A stretch of DNA of 64,000 nt from Candidatus Daviesbacteria bacterium (GTDB taxonomy: Bacteria > Patescibacteriota > Microgenomatia > Daviesbacterales > UBA10151): NCBI GenBank assembly GCA_016432425.1, contig CP066688.1:446211-510210 (forward strand), in the 5' to 3' direction. The notes under the pieces are model-generated. The model made no database searches. It was given only the letters and a program-made list of their open reading frames with translations, and was not told where the DNA came from. The stretch's first letter is position 1, and every line of letters starts with the position of its first letter. Below are positions 1 to 10,111 of this stretch, in pieces. A program made the translations under genes and the position numbers.

Positions 1-77
1 TTTGTTGGCCATAACATAATCATACCAAAATTGACAAAATGATGATATTGGCTTAAAGTATTTTTAAAGTTTAATTA

Positions 78-365
78 ATGGTTAAAGAATTGTCGGTTAA
101 AGAATTACCACTTGCTCTGCAGGCAGAAGTTATTCCTCTTCCTAAAATTGTCAATACTTGGTCAGGGGAAGGGCAAGAAACATTTCATCGTGTTCAGTTA
201 CAACATAATGACAGTGCTGCTGATCCTAAATCTAAATGTTCCGGCTTACTCTCTATAATTTTGTCCCCCAGCGACCGGGGGACTAAAACTACCTCCTGTC
301 AGTCTTGCAGGCAGCAAGTACCAGTAAGCCTTTTTATTGTTAAATTAGAGCTTGGTTTAAAATAG
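78..365 (+). CDS. hypothetical protein (CxxC near C-terminus)
   Basis: 95 aa ORF with upstream TTGACA; no family recognised. Confidence 0.45.
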   Translation: MVKELSVKELPLALQAEVIPLPKIVNTWSGEGQETFHRVQLQHNDSAADPKSKCSGLLSIILSPSDRGTKTTSCQSCRQQVPVSLFIVKLELGLK

Positions 366-418
366 AGCTTAGGTTTCTTAAACTTTGATTTTTGCGGGGA
401 AAATGCGATAATTAATCC

Positions 419-1120
419 ATGTCCCGCTTCAAATCCTTATTAAAAAACATTTTCTCTCTTTCCCTGCTACTGCCCGTGCTCTTAATTATCTTTTATATTT
501 TTGCGCTGTTTTTATTCCAGGGTTCCCCCCTTTCCCCCCAAGAAATTGTCAACCATTTTGCCCAAATTTATGACCGATACGGTTATGAGCTGATTTTTAC
601 CGGGGCTTTTTTAGAGGGGTTGGTAATTGTGAATTTCTTTATCCCCGGGGTAACTATTGTAATTTTAGGGGTAGTTTTTGCCAAAGCCGGCCAGGTGGAT
701 TTGACCCTGGCAATTTTATTTGCTTCTTTAGGTTTTTTGGCCGGGTTTATAATTGACTACCTAATGGGTTATTTTGGTTTTGCCCAAGCGATCAACAAAT
801 TTGGGATTTCCCCAGCCTTACAAAAGGCTAAAACTCATTTAGAAAAAAAAGATCGGTTGCGCAGCTTTGCCCTGGCTTTTATCCATCCCGATATTGGCTC
901 GTTCGTGGCTTTGGCGGCCGGGACCATTAAGATGAATTTTTTCCATTTTTTCTGGCTGTGTACTCTTTCCACTGTGGCCTGGATGAGTATTTGGGGGCTG
1001 TTGGTTTATGCTTTTGGCCAGGTTTTCTTAACCGTTTTAACCAGGTACACTGTAATTTTATTAATTATAGTTTTGTCAGTCTGGTTGTTAATTAATTTTG
1101 TGGGGGAGAAAAGAAAGTAA
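419..1120 (+). CDS. DedA family membrane protein
   Basis: Multi-TM protein; FLEG..IVNFFIPG motif and AAGTIKMNF..F typical of DedA. Confidence 0.85.
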   Translation: MSRFKSLLKNIFSLSLLLPVLLIIFYIFALFLFQGSPLSPQEIVNHFAQIYDRYGYELIFTGAFLEGLVIVNFFIPGVTIVILGVVFAKAGQVDLTLAILFASLGFLAGFIIDYLMGYFGFAQAINKFGISPALQKAKTHLEKKDRLRSFALAFIHPDIGSFVALAAGTIKMNFFHFFWLCTLSTVAWMSIWGLLVYAFGQVFLTVLTRYTVILLIIVLSVWLLINFVGEKRK

Positions 1121-2199
1121 TGCTCATCCCTAATTATAAAATTACCAATGCTTTGCTTAAAAATGTGGGCCGTATTGACGGCGCCCGAGAGGTGATCTTG
1201 AATGCCCCCTTAGTACCGGCTTGGGAAGCTAAATTTAGAAAAGAGGCTATGGAGAGGACTGTCCATCACGGCACTCACCTGGAAGGCAATCCGTTATCAG
1301 AAGAAGAGGTAAAAGATGTCTTGGACGGACAAGAAGTGATGGCCCGGGAGCGGGATATCCAGGAAATTTTAAATTATCGCAATGTCTTAAAATTTATTGA
1401 TTCCATTGAACAAACTATTGGTTCCTCCAACCTCTATCATTTAACAGTGGAAACCATTTTAGAAATGCACCGGCTGACGGTGGAAAAAACTGTGCCGATA
1501 GAATATCAGGGAACTTTTCGCTCCCGCCAGGTAGTCATTAGAAATTCTTTGACCGGCCAAGTTTCTTACACTCCGCCTCCGGCAGTGGAGGTGCCGTTTT
1601 TAATTGAGGATTTAGTTAACTGGGTCAATTCGCAGGAGGCTAAAGATATTCATCCGGTGATTAAAGCCGGGATTGTCCATTATGAGCTGGCCCGAGTGCA
1701 TCCTTTTGTGGATGGCAACGGGCGGGTAGCCCGGGCAGTGGCGACCTTAATTTTATTTTTGGAAGGTTATGATATTAAGAAATTTTTTTCTCTGGAAGAA
1801 TATTTTGACTCTGACCCTATGAATTATTACTTAACTCTGCAGGCGGTTTCCAACCAGTTGGTCTTGGATACCCATGAGCGGGATTTAACCCCTTGGTTGG
1901 AATATTTTTGTGAGGGGGTGGCCATTGAACTAAACCGGGTCAAAGAGCGGGTCCAGCGTATTTCAGTTGATGCCCGGATTAAAGATAAACTGGGGGGAAC
2001 ACAGCTAATGCTTAATGAAAGACAGATGTTAATTATGGAGTACTTGCAGCGGCACAAATCTCTGGCTAATAGAGAATTCCGCAAAATCTTCCCGGACCAT
2101 TCTGATGATACGGTATTGCGGGAGCTTAAATTTTTGCGCCAAAAAGGTTTGGTCAGAAAAGCCGGCGGAACTAAGAAGGCTACTTACGTACTAAAATAA
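1120..2199 (+). CDS. Fic family protein with C-terminal HTH
   Basis: HPFVDGNGRVAR Fic motif; THLEGN inhibitory-type motif; C-terminal winged-helix-like segment. Confidence 0.92.
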   Translation: MLIPNYKITNALLKNVGRIDGAREVILNAPLVPAWEAKFRKEAMERTVHHGTHLEGNPLSEEEVKDVLDGQEVMARERDIQEILNYRNVLKFIDSIEQTIGSSNLYHLTVETILEMHRLTVEKTVPIEYQGTFRSRQVVIRNSLTGQVSYTPPPAVEVPFLIEDLVNWVNSQEAKDIHPVIKAGIVHYELARVHPFVDGNGRVARAVATLILFLEGYDIKKFFSLEEYFDSDPMNYYLTLQAVSNQLVLDTHERDLTPWLEYFCEGVAIELNRVKERVQRISVDARIKDKLGGTQLMLNERQMLIMEYLQRHKSLANREFRKIFPDHSDDTVLRELKFLRQKGLVRKAGGTKKATYVLK

Positions 2200-2776
2200 A
2201 AGTTTCTTGAAGATTTCCATTAATGGTGGGAATAGCTTGTCGTTTGGCTGCTACCAAGCCAATTTTATTTCCCCCTTCTTTTGTAACCACTGTTAATCCA
2301 TCTAAAGCTCTTTCTACAAGTGTATTTGGTGTGCGTCCATCTGATTTGTGATACAAACCTACTCCTATGCTAGTGTTCAAGTCTTGAGTTTCTGGCAGGG
2401 ATAAAATTGTTTTTAATATGCTTGCAGCATACGATAAAACATGAGTATCAGGAATTTGGGGCAAAATTACTCCCAAATCAGCAAATTTTTTTGGTAAACC
2501 TACTATACCTTTTTGTTCAGTAAGCCCGGAAATAATGTCCCCGATTCTGTTTAGTTGGTCAGGAGAAGGTTGATTTGTGAAGTTGAGTAAAAGTAGGGCT
2601 AAGGGAGATCTTGGTCGGGATATGCCGGTCCTATCTGTCTCTTGAGATAAATGCTTAATAAATGCAAACGCGTCAAGCATATTAGATGGTAAGGTTGGTC
2701 CTTCAGTTTCTTGAGTCATAAGAGTGTATTTTACAACATTTAGGCTACTACTGTCCTCAATCAGGATATCTTTCAA
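2180..2776 (-). CDS. degenerate GGDEF-like domain protein
   Basis: LALLLL.., SIGVGLY..LVERA..L...K.GGNK scaffold resembles the GGDEF fold but has no GGDEF motif. Confidence 0.55.
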   Translation of the reverse strand: MKDILIEDSSSLNVVKYTLMTQETEGPTLPSNMLDAFAFIKHLSQETDRTGISRPRSPLALLLLNFTNQPSPDQLNRIGDIISGLTEQKGIVGLPKKFADLGVILPQIPDTHVLSYAASILKTILSLPETQDLNTSIGVGLYHKSDGRTPNTLVERALDGLTVVTKEGGNKIGLVAAKRQAIPTINGNLQETFILVRK

Positions 2777-3431
2777 TGTTAATAGAGTCTTTAACTAAGC
2801 CGGTAGATTTACCTTGTTTGGCGACATAAAGTGCACGGTCTCCTACCTGTAATAAAGTATAGGCATCTGCCCCTTCCGGTGCATAAACTAATCCTAAGCT
2901 CATGGTCTGTTCTGATCCATATTCCGGAAACACTTCTTTAACAGCACTAACTATGAGGCGGCGTATTCTTATAGCCGCCCCTAAGGCAGTAGATTGTTGG
3001 GCGCCGACAAGAAAGGCATAAAATTCATCACCACCTCGTCCCAAAAGATCAAATTCTTCTCTTCTGTTTTCTCTTTTTTCAGCCATTTCTGGAGAAGGGG
3101 GACGGGTTCTGGTGTGTTCATATAAAATGCTGCCAGCAAGTATAATTAACTCATCTCCGGCTGGGTGACCTTGCTTATCATTAAACCTTTTAAAGTCATC
3201 TAAATCTACAGTGAGAAGGGTTCCGGTGGCGCCCTGCTTCAGATATTCTTTTAATCTATCTTTAAATCCGCCTTTCCTTAAGAATGTCTTTGGCATTAAA
3301 TCATCTCTGTCTAAAAGTCTAGAAAGCTGTTTAGGAGTGAGTTCTCCTTTACGTACTGCATCATAGATTTTCTGGTGCTCCCGAGGTATTTGGGGTTCAA
3401 AATCAGGATTAATATCTGGATACTGGCTCAT
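2757..3431 (-). CDS. GGDEF diguanylate cyclase
   Basis: DLDDFKRFNDKQGHPAGD and GRGGDEF motifs; ALYVAKQG. Confidence 0.9.
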   Translation of the reverse strand: MSQYPDINPDFEPQIPREHQKIYDAVRKGELTPKQLSRLLDRDDLMPKTFLRKGGFKDRLKEYLKQGATGTLLTVDLDDFKRFNDKQGHPAGDELIILAGSILYEHTRTRPPSPEMAEKRENRREEFDLLGRGGDEFYAFLVGAQQSTALGAAIRIRRLIVSAVKEVFPEYGSEQTMSLGLVYAPEGADAYTLLQVGDRALYVAKQGKSTGLVKDSINIERYPD

Positions 3432-3496
3432 CTCTTCTACCGTAGCTGATAAATGCGTATTTTACAAGAGCTTTTGAATCTATTACAATTGCTAAA

Positions 3497-3958
3497 ATGA
3501 CCAGTGACAAATCGTATGATATAAGTATATTACCTCTGGTCCTCACTGCTCAGGAAAGAGTTATAATGGGTGCTAGTGCGCCTGCCGATACTGAGGCAGA
3601 TTGGTATCGCCCGCAAGGAGTACTTAACCAAGAACTGAGTTTAGAAAAGGTAATTGAGGAAAGAGGCAACTTAGGAAACCAAGTTATAAGTGAAATAATG
3701 GGACTTGCTTTAGGTGCAGACAAGCCAATTGTTTTGAAACTGGAGGATATAAATCCTGAAACAGGACTAACGAAAAGTGATCCAAAAATAATAGGCTTAT
3801 GGGATAAAGAAAAAAGGACAGTTGTTAGGGCAGAAAATGGTCCCGAGCTAACCTTGCAAGTTTATGAATCTCTTCAAGCAAGAGGCTATGATCTTCATCT
3901 TCGTCCACAATCCCGTGATGTAGAAAGCGGAGGTTTAGGGGGAGCAGAGCACGAATGA
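3497..3958 (+). CDS. hypothetical protein
   Basis: 153 aa ORF overlapping the ligase start (ATGA). Confidence 0.55.
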   Translation: MTSDKSYDISILPLVLTAQERVIMGASAPADTEADWYRPQGVLNQELSLEKVIEERGNLGNQVISEIMGLALGADKPIVLKLEDINPETGLTKSDPKIIGLWDKEKRTVVRAENGPELTLQVYESLQARGYDLHLRPQSRDVESGGLGGAEHE

Positions 3959-5763
3959 CTTTTAGTAAACTTGTACAGTATTTTGAAAAACTGGAGGGAA
4001 CTTCTTCCAGACTTATCTTAATTGATATCTTAGCTGAACTTTTCAAGGAAACCACCACAGATGAGATAGCCCAAGTTTCTTATTTACTTCAAGGAAGAAT
4101 AGCCCCCTTTTATGAGCCTTTAGAAATTGGGATGAGCGAGAAATTAGTAGCAGCAGCTGTGGCCAGAGCGTATAGCCTGGAACGTGAGCAGGTGCTGAAA
4201 GAGTATGGGAAGGTGGGAGATTTAGGAAAGGTGGCCCAGAAGTTGTTATCCCTGCGAAAGCAGGGATCCAAAAGACAAAAGTCAGAGTCGGAATTGGATT
4301 CCCGCATCCGCGGGAATGACGAAGGGATGACAGTCAATGAAGTATTTGAGACACTGAGGCGTATTGCTCAAACCACAGGGGAGGGGACGGTGGAGAAAAA
4401 GGTTTCTGCATTAGCTGGATTACTGGGAAAGGTAGATGGGGTGGGAGCTAAACATTTAGTCAGAATTCCCCTTGGGGTTTCCAGATTAGGGATTGGAGAC
4501 CCCACTATTTTGGATGCTTTTGCCAAATTAAAACTGGGCGACAAATCTAAAAGAAAGCTTTTGGAGGGAGCATATAACAAAGTTTCTGATCTAGGTTTAA
4601 TTGGAGAGACTTTATGGAAAGAAGGATTAAAGGGAGTAGAAAAATTAGATGTGACTGTTGGCAGACCAATCAGATCGGAGCTTTGTGAGAGAATTACCGA
4701 CCCTAAGACTATTTTGAAAAAATATGGAGGCGAGGCTCATACCCAGTATAAATATGATGGCTTCAGGGTCCAGATTCACTACAGGCATGACGGGAATCAA
4801 GTGAGGCTATTTTCCAGAAATTTAGAGGAAACCACACCCATGTTCCCTGATATTGTGGAGGCAGTCAAAAAACAGATTAAAGCAAACTCTGTAATTTTGG
4901 ATTCAGAAGCTTTGGCTTTTAATCCGGAGTCTGAGGAGTTTTTACCTTTTCAGGAGACTACCAAACGCCGCCGTAAGTATAACATTGAAGAAATGCAAAG
5001 AAAGTTTCCTTTAAAAGCTTTTGTTTTTGACATTATGTATTTAAATGGTAAGTCTTTAATGGATATGCCTCTTAAAGAACGGATTAATAATTTGGAAAAA
5101 GTCATCTCGGGAGAGGAAGTGCTTATACCACAACCTGGAGAGATGGTCAAAGATCCGGAAAGGTTGCAGCAACTGTTTGATGATGCTATATCCCGCGGAT
5201 TGGAGGGAGTGGTCACCAAAAGACCTGATTCAAAGTATGAAGCTGGAAGAAGGAATTTTAATTGGATAAAATTAAAAAGACACTCCTCAGGGGAGTTAAA
5301 AGATACCATAGATTGTGTGATTTTAGGTTATATTTTTGGCAGGGGTAAAAGGGCTGCTTTTGGGGCAGGAGCTTTGTTAGTAGGAGTTTATGATGATAAA
5401 AAAGATGAATTTGTCACAGTATCAAAGATTGGCACAGGTTTAACAGATGAGGAGTGGAGGGAAATCCACAAAAGGGCAGATAAAATAAAAGTTGATCACA
5501 AACCAGCCAGGGTTAACTCAATCTTAACTCCTTCTGTTTGGATTGCCCCGGAGATTGTGATAGAGGTGTTGGCTGATGAGATTACCAAATCCCCGGTTCA
5601 TACAGCAGGTGCTTCGACAAGCTCAGCATCTGGACAAAAAACTCCTGGGTACGCCCTAAGATTCCCCAGACTGGTAAAATTCAGAGGTGCTGACAAACAA
5701 GCAGAAGATGCCACCACTGTTAAGGAATTAATAGAAATGTATAAACAGCAGTTTAAAAAGTAG
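3955..5763 (+). CDS. lig: ATP-dependent DNA ligase (archaeal/eukaryotic type)
   Basis: KYDGFRVQIH adenylation motif, EGVVTK, WIKLK, DCVILG, ALRFPR. Confidence 0.95.
   Translation: MTFSKLVQYFEKLEGTSSRLILIDILAELFKETTTDEIAQVSYLLQGRIAPFYEPLEIGMSEKLVAAAVARAYSLEREQVLKEYGKVGDLGKVAQKLLSLRKQGSKRQKSESELDSRIRGNDEGMTVNEVFETLRRIAQTTGEGTVEKKVSALAGLLGKVDGVGAKHLVRIPLGVSRLGIGDPTILDAFAKLKLGDKSKRKLLEGAYNKVSDLGLIGETLWKEGLKGVEKLDVTVGRPIRSELCERITDPKTILKKYGGEAHTQYKYDGFRVQIHYRHDGNQVRLFSRNLEETTPMFPDIVEAVKKQIKANSVILDSEALAFNPESEEFLPFQETTKRRRKYNIEEMQRKFPLKAFVFDIMYLNGKSLMDMPLKERINNLEKVISGEEVLIPQPGEMVKDPERLQQLFDDAISRGLEGVVTKRPDSKYEAGRRNFNWIKLKRHSSGELKDTIDCVILGYIFGRGKRAAFGAGALLVGVYDDKKDEFVTVSKIGTGLTDEEWREIHKRADKIKVDHKPARVNSILTPSVWIAPEIVIEVLADEITKSPVHTAGASTSSASGQKTPGYALRFPRLVKFRGADKQAEDATTVKELIEMYKQQFKK
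4245..4320. repeat. REP/RPE-like palindromic element inserted in-frame in ligase
   Basis: GTTATCCCTGCGAAAGCAGGGATCC...GGATTCCCGCATCCGCGGGAATGAC; encodes LSLRKQGS...LDSRIRGND. Confidence 0.75.
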
Positions 5764-5787
5764 AATGGCTCCCCAAAAATAAATCCC

Positions 5788-6543
5788 ATGAAGATTTTAA
5801 CTATTCAAGAACTAAAAGAGAAAAATTATCCCGGTTCGCAAATAACCATAGAGCAAGAACTGGGGAAGAAAGAGGGTTACCATGCTTATCTAGTTTCGTA
5901 TCAATCAGAGGGCCTGAAAATTTATGGATATTTAACTGTGCCCGCTGGTAAAAAACCCCCAAAAGGATGGCCGGCCATTTTATTTAACCATGGCTATATT
6001 CCCCTGGACAAATTTAAGACTGACAGGCAGTATGTGCGTTATTTAGCTCATCTGGCCAAAGCCGGATATGTGGTTTTTAAACCGGATTTTCGCGGCCATG
6101 GTCAATCTGAGGGTGAGCCTTCCGGTAACTTTGAATCCGGTTATGCTATAGATGCTATTAATGCCTTGGAGTCTTTGAAAAAATTACCAGCAGTAAATCC
6201 AGACAGAATAGGAGTTTGGGGCCACTCCATGGGAGGGCATATTACTTTAAAAGTGCTTTTAGTTAAACCGGAAATTAAGGCAGCAGTAATTTGGGCAGCA
6301 AAATACCAGTCTATCTCACCAGTGTCTTTTATACATGAGTTAAATATGCCTATTCAACTGCATCATGGACTATTGGATGAGCGTATTCCCACTTCCCGAT
6401 CCGAGGAGTTTAAAGAGGTTTTAGAGAAATTAGGTAAAAGTGTGGAGTTGTATTTGTATCCGGAGGGCAACCATAACCTGTCCGGACCGGAACTAAAGAT
6501 AGCCATGGACAGATCAGTTAAGTTTTTTAACCAATTTCTATAA
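5788..6543 (+). CDS. alpha/beta hydrolase, S9 peptidase family
   Basis: GVWGHSMGG nucleophile motif, HGLLDERIP, EGNHNL. Confidence 0.88.
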   Translation: MKILTIQELKEKNYPGSQITIEQELGKKEGYHAYLVSYQSEGLKIYGYLTVPAGKKPPKGWPAILFNHGYIPLDKFKTDRQYVRYLAHLAKAGYVVFKPDFRGHGQSEGEPSGNFESGYAIDAINALESLKKLPAVNPDRIGVWGHSMGGHITLKVLLVKPEIKAAVIWAAKYQSISPVSFIHELNMPIQLHHGLLDERIPTSRSEEFKEVLEKLGKSVELYLYPEGNHNLSGPELKIAMDRSVKFFNQFL

Positions 6544-6562
6544 CATATGTTAAAATGCGCTC

Positions 6563-7849
6563 ATGGCATACGTGGCTGATTTGCACATCCACTCTCGCTT
6601 TTCCAGAGCTTGTTCCCAGGCTTTAAACGTGCCCAATCTGGTGGAATGGGCTAAATACAAAGGGATTAATCTGTTGGGGACAGGGGATTTTCTTCATCCT
6701 TTGTGGCTGGCAGAATTGAAAAATCAATTAACAGAGGATGGAACTGGATTTCTAACCCATACAGGCGACCCAACAGTTAAATTTTTGTTAACAGTGGAGA
6801 TTGCCACCATGTATTCCCATAGGGGCAGGGGCAGAAGATTGCATAATTTAGTGTTCCTGCCGGATTTTCGCTCCGCTGAAGCTTTTCAAAAATCACTTCT
6901 TTCCAGAAGGGCTAATTTAGGATCAGACGGCAGGCCAATTTTAGGAATGTCCTCTAAAGATTTGTTATCTTTAGCACTTCAGGCATCAGAGCAAGCTCTT
7001 TTTATTCCGGCTCATGCCTGGACTCCTTGGTTTGGGATTTTTGGGTCTGAGTCAGGCTATGATTCGCTGTCAGAGTGTTTTGAAGACTTAACCCCATATG
7101 TTTATGGCATAGAAACCGGCCTTTCAAGCGACCCGGCCATGAATTGGAGGGTTGCTGAACTTGATAACAGATCAATTCTTTCTTTTTCTGATGCCCATTC
7201 TTTGCCTAATTTAGGCAGGGAATCAACTGTTTTTTCTGAGGATTTAAAAGATGGATATTGGGGGATGTTTGAGGCTATAAAGCAACAAAAAATTGCCGGG
7301 ACTTTGGAGTTTTATCCTGAGCAGGGGAAATACCACTATACCGGGCACAGAAATTGTAATGTTAAATATACACCGGAGGATACAAAAGATAAAGGCACTA
7401 TTTGTCCTAAATGCGGGAGAAATTTAACTGTAGGGGTGATGGAAAGGGTAGAGAAGCTGGCTGATCGGGAAATAGGGGAAATTGGGGAAATAAGAGAGAT
7501 GGGGGTAGTAAAAAGCAAAACATTTCCAAGGAGAGCAGGGTATAGAATGTTAGTACCTTTGCATCAGGTTATAGCAGAAGCTTTTGGCACTGCTCCAACA
7601 ACACAAAAAGTCTTAAATGAGTACAAAAAGTTAGTAACTGAGTTAGGGGGAGAAATTAAGGTTTTAACCAAAATTTCCATAGAAGATATCGCTAAAGTCT
7701 CAGGGCCAAAGGTGGCAGAAGGGGTGGACAAAGACAGGAAAGGAGATCTGGTGATAGATCCGGGGTATGATGGAGTGTATGGAGTGGTGAAGATTTGGAA
7801 TGAAGGAGAGGAGAAGACAGAAGCTCCGCAGATAAGTTTGTTTGACTAA
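6563..7849 (+). CDS. endonuclease Q family (PHP domain) protein
   Basis: ADLHIHSRFS, PAHAWTPW, ETGLSSD, FSDAHS, GKYH..GHR.C, CPKC, PGYDGVYG. Confidence 0.9.
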   Translation: MAYVADLHIHSRFSRACSQALNVPNLVEWAKYKGINLLGTGDFLHPLWLAELKNQLTEDGTGFLTHTGDPTVKFLLTVEIATMYSHRGRGRRLHNLVFLPDFRSAEAFQKSLLSRRANLGSDGRPILGMSSKDLLSLALQASEQALFIPAHAWTPWFGIFGSESGYDSLSECFEDLTPYVYGIETGLSSDPAMNWRVAELDNRSILSFSDAHSLPNLGRESTVFSEDLKDGYWGMFEAIKQQKIAGTLEFYPEQGKYHYTGHRNCNVKYTPEDTKDKGTICPKCGRNLTVGVMERVEKLADREIGEIGEIREMGVVKSKTFPRRAGYRMLVPLHQVIAEAFGTAPTTQKVLNEYKKLVTELGGEIKVLTKISIEDIAKVSGPKVAEGVDKDRKGDLVIDPGYDGVYGVVKIWNEGEEKTEAPQISLFD

Positions 7850-7865
7850 TGGTAAAATAGCTTTA

Positions 7866-8048
7866 TAATCACAAGGAAACCCTGCTTTCTTAAAGCGGGG
7901 TTCAACTGACAAGTGATTACACACTTCCGCGGGGTAGGTGTAAATCTTAAGTTAGGGTTTTCTTGTTTCTTAAGACAACGAAGTTGTCGCAAGCTCTGCT
8001 TATAAACTTGAAAGGAGAAAACCGCGGACTTTTAGTCCGCGGAAGTTT
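7866..8048 (+). mobile_element. putative non-autonomous IS200/IS605-like remnant or structured ncRNA
   Basis: Terminal hairpins AACCCTGCTTT-CTT-AAAGCGGGGTT and CCGCGGACT-TTT-AGTCCGCGG; 7923-7932 is complementary to 8037-8046; no transposase. Confidence 0.5.
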
Positions 8049-8651
8049 ATGAAACTAATTATTGGTTTAGGGAATCCGGGGGAGAAATATATTGGTACCA
8101 GGCATAATTTGGGGTTTGTGGTGGTAGATGCGCTAATCAAGAAGTTGGATGTGGGAGGTGAGAAGCGGAATATTGAAGTGGGAAGTTGGAAATTGGAAGA
8201 AAAGTTCAAGTCAGAAATAATTAAGACACCAAATGTAATCTTAGCTAAGCCTCAAACTTATATGAATAACTCCGGTTTGGCAGTCAAACTGCTAACTGAT
8301 TATTTTAAAATTCCTCCGGAGGATATTATTGTCGTCCATGATGAGCTGGATTTGCCTTTAGGGAAAATTAAAGTTCGCAAAGGAGGAGCTGCTGCCGGGC
8401 ACCATGGGGTACAGTCCATTATTGCTGCTTTAAATTTTGATCAGTTTGTCAGGGTCAGACTGGGGATTGGAAATTTAAAAACCTTATCAGCAGAGCGAAA
8501 AGGGGCCCATGTTAATACTGATAAATTTGTACTGGAGCCTTTTATCTCTAATGAGAGAGCTAAAATTAAACACTTGATTAAACAAGCTGTTTTGGCCCTG
8601 GAAACTCTATTAGAAAAGGGTTTGGATAAAGCCCAGAGTCAGTTTAACTGA
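8049..8651 (+). CDS. pth: peptidyl-tRNA hydrolase
   Basis: LIIGLGNPG..Y..TRHNLGF, KPQTYMNNSG, HDELD, GHHG. Confidence 0.96.
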   Translation: MKLIIGLGNPGEKYIGTRHNLGFVVVDALIKKLDVGGEKRNIEVGSWKLEEKFKSEIIKTPNVILAKPQTYMNNSGLAVKLLTDYFKIPPEDIIVVHDELDLPLGKIKVRKGGAAAGHHGVQSIIAALNFDQFVRVRLGIGNLKTLSAERKGAHVNTDKFVLEPFISNERAKIKHLIKQAVLALETLLEKGLDKAQSQFN

Positions 8652-8691
8652 AATATTGACATAACGAAAAAGTATCAGTAAACTAATTTGG

Positions 8692-9456
8692 ATGGATGAT
8701 AAACAGAGCTTCTCTTCGAGTAAAGATGCCTTTCTAACTACTCCGATGGCCATTCTCCTAGGATCTTTTGTGATTGCTTTTGCTATTTTACTACAAGGAG
8801 GAGTGATCAAACTAAATTCCAATACTGGTATCACTGCTACAGGAGGTACCCCCGCTGCCCAAACTACTCCTTCAGCCGCTCCCACTAGCGCCCAAGTTTC
8901 CCCGGATGATGATCCTGTTTTGGGAGATAAAAATGCTAAAGTTACCTTAATTGAGTTTTCAGATTATGAATGCCCGTTTTGCAAAAGACATTTTGACCAA
9001 GTTTATCCTTCTTTAAAAAAAGACTACATTGATACCGGCAAGGTGAAACTGGTTTACCGGGACTATCCCTTACCTTTCCATGACCCCATGGCCACCTTTG
9101 AGGCCCAAGCAGCCAGTTGTGCCCGGGAACAGGGCGGGGACGGCAACTATTTTAAAATGCATGATGAAATGTTTAAACAGACCACCTCTAACGGCAATGG
9201 TTTAACCAAGGAAAAAATTGCTCAAATTGCCACCGGTTTGGGGTTAAACGGAGCCAACATTGTCTCCTGTGCTGACTCCAATAAATATAAAGATGAAGTG
9301 GCTAAAGATATTGCTGATGGTTCTGCTGTGGGAGTTTCCGGCACCCCCACCTTTATGGTCGGGAAAAGCTCTGGGGGCACTATTGATGGAACCATTATTG
9401 TGGGAGCCCAACCTTACAGCGCTTTCCAGCAAATTATTGACCCTCTCTTAAAATAA
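8692..9456 (+). CDS. DsbA/thioredoxin-fold membrane-anchored oxidoreductase
   Basis: EFSDYECPFC, GVSGTPTF, GAQPY. Confidence 0.92.
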   Translation: MDDKQSFSSSKDAFLTTPMAILLGSFVIAFAILLQGGVIKLNSNTGITATGGTPAAQTTPSAAPTSAQVSPDDDPVLGDKNAKVTLIEFSDYECPFCKRHFDQVYPSLKKDYIDTGKVKLVYRDYPLPFHDPMATFEAQAASCAREQGGDGNYFKMHDEMFKQTTSNGNGLTKEKIAQIATGLGLNGANIVSCADSNKYKDEVAKDIADGSAVGVSGTPTFMVGKSSGGTIDGTIIVGAQPYSAFQQIIDPLLK

Positions 9457-10109
9457 TGAATAAATGGGTAATTATTGGAATTACGGCCTTCCTGGTGAGT
9501 GTATTTTTCGTTTGGTTATTTAAAGAATCCTCGAAACCTTTACCGGGAGAGAAAACTTTGCAAGAGGGCAGGAAACATGTCCCGGAAAGCGAAATGAGTT
9601 TCCAATTTAACCCCCCCACCTCCGGAGATCATGATGCTGCCTGGATCACCAAAGGTTTCTACGACGAGCCCCGGTCAGACGGCAGTTTAGTTCACTCTCT
9701 GGAGCATGGTTATGTCATTGTCTGGTATGACTGCGAGAAAAAAGCTACAGGCTACAGGCAACAGGGCATAATCAAAACAGCCTTTGCTCATGAAGAGGCT
9801 ACCCCGGCTGCTACTGATAACTCTTCAGGGATGACCGGAGGTTCATCTGGCGTAGCTACTAAGCATTTTGAGGATATGCCCAAAAGTTTTTCCGATGGCT
9901 CTTGTGACAGCTTAAAAAATGAGCTTAAAACGCTTTCTGAAAATGACCGGCACAAGCTAATTATCATGCCCAGGATTAATATGGATAAAAGAATTGCCTT
10001 AACTGCCTGGGGCAGGACCCTGAAACTGGACAGGGTGGATAAACTTAAAATCAAACAATTTATTGATGCTTTTCGTGACAACGGCCCGGAAAAAACTGTT
10101 GAACCCTAA
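9456..10109 (+). CDS. DUF3105-like protein
   Basis: PPTSGDH, VHSLEHGYV..WY, IALTAWG. Confidence 0.8.
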   Translation: MNKWVIIGITAFLVSVFFVWLFKESSKPLPGEKTLQEGRKHVPESEMSFQFNPPTSGDHDAAWITKGFYDEPRSDGSLVHSLEHGYVIVWYDCEKKATGYRQQGIIKTAFAHEEATPAATDNSSGMTGGSSGVATKHFEDMPKSFSDGSCDSLKNELKTLSENDRHKLIIMPRINMDKRIALTAWGRTLKLDRVDKLKIKQFIDAFRDNGPEKTVEP

Positions 10110-10111
10110 TT

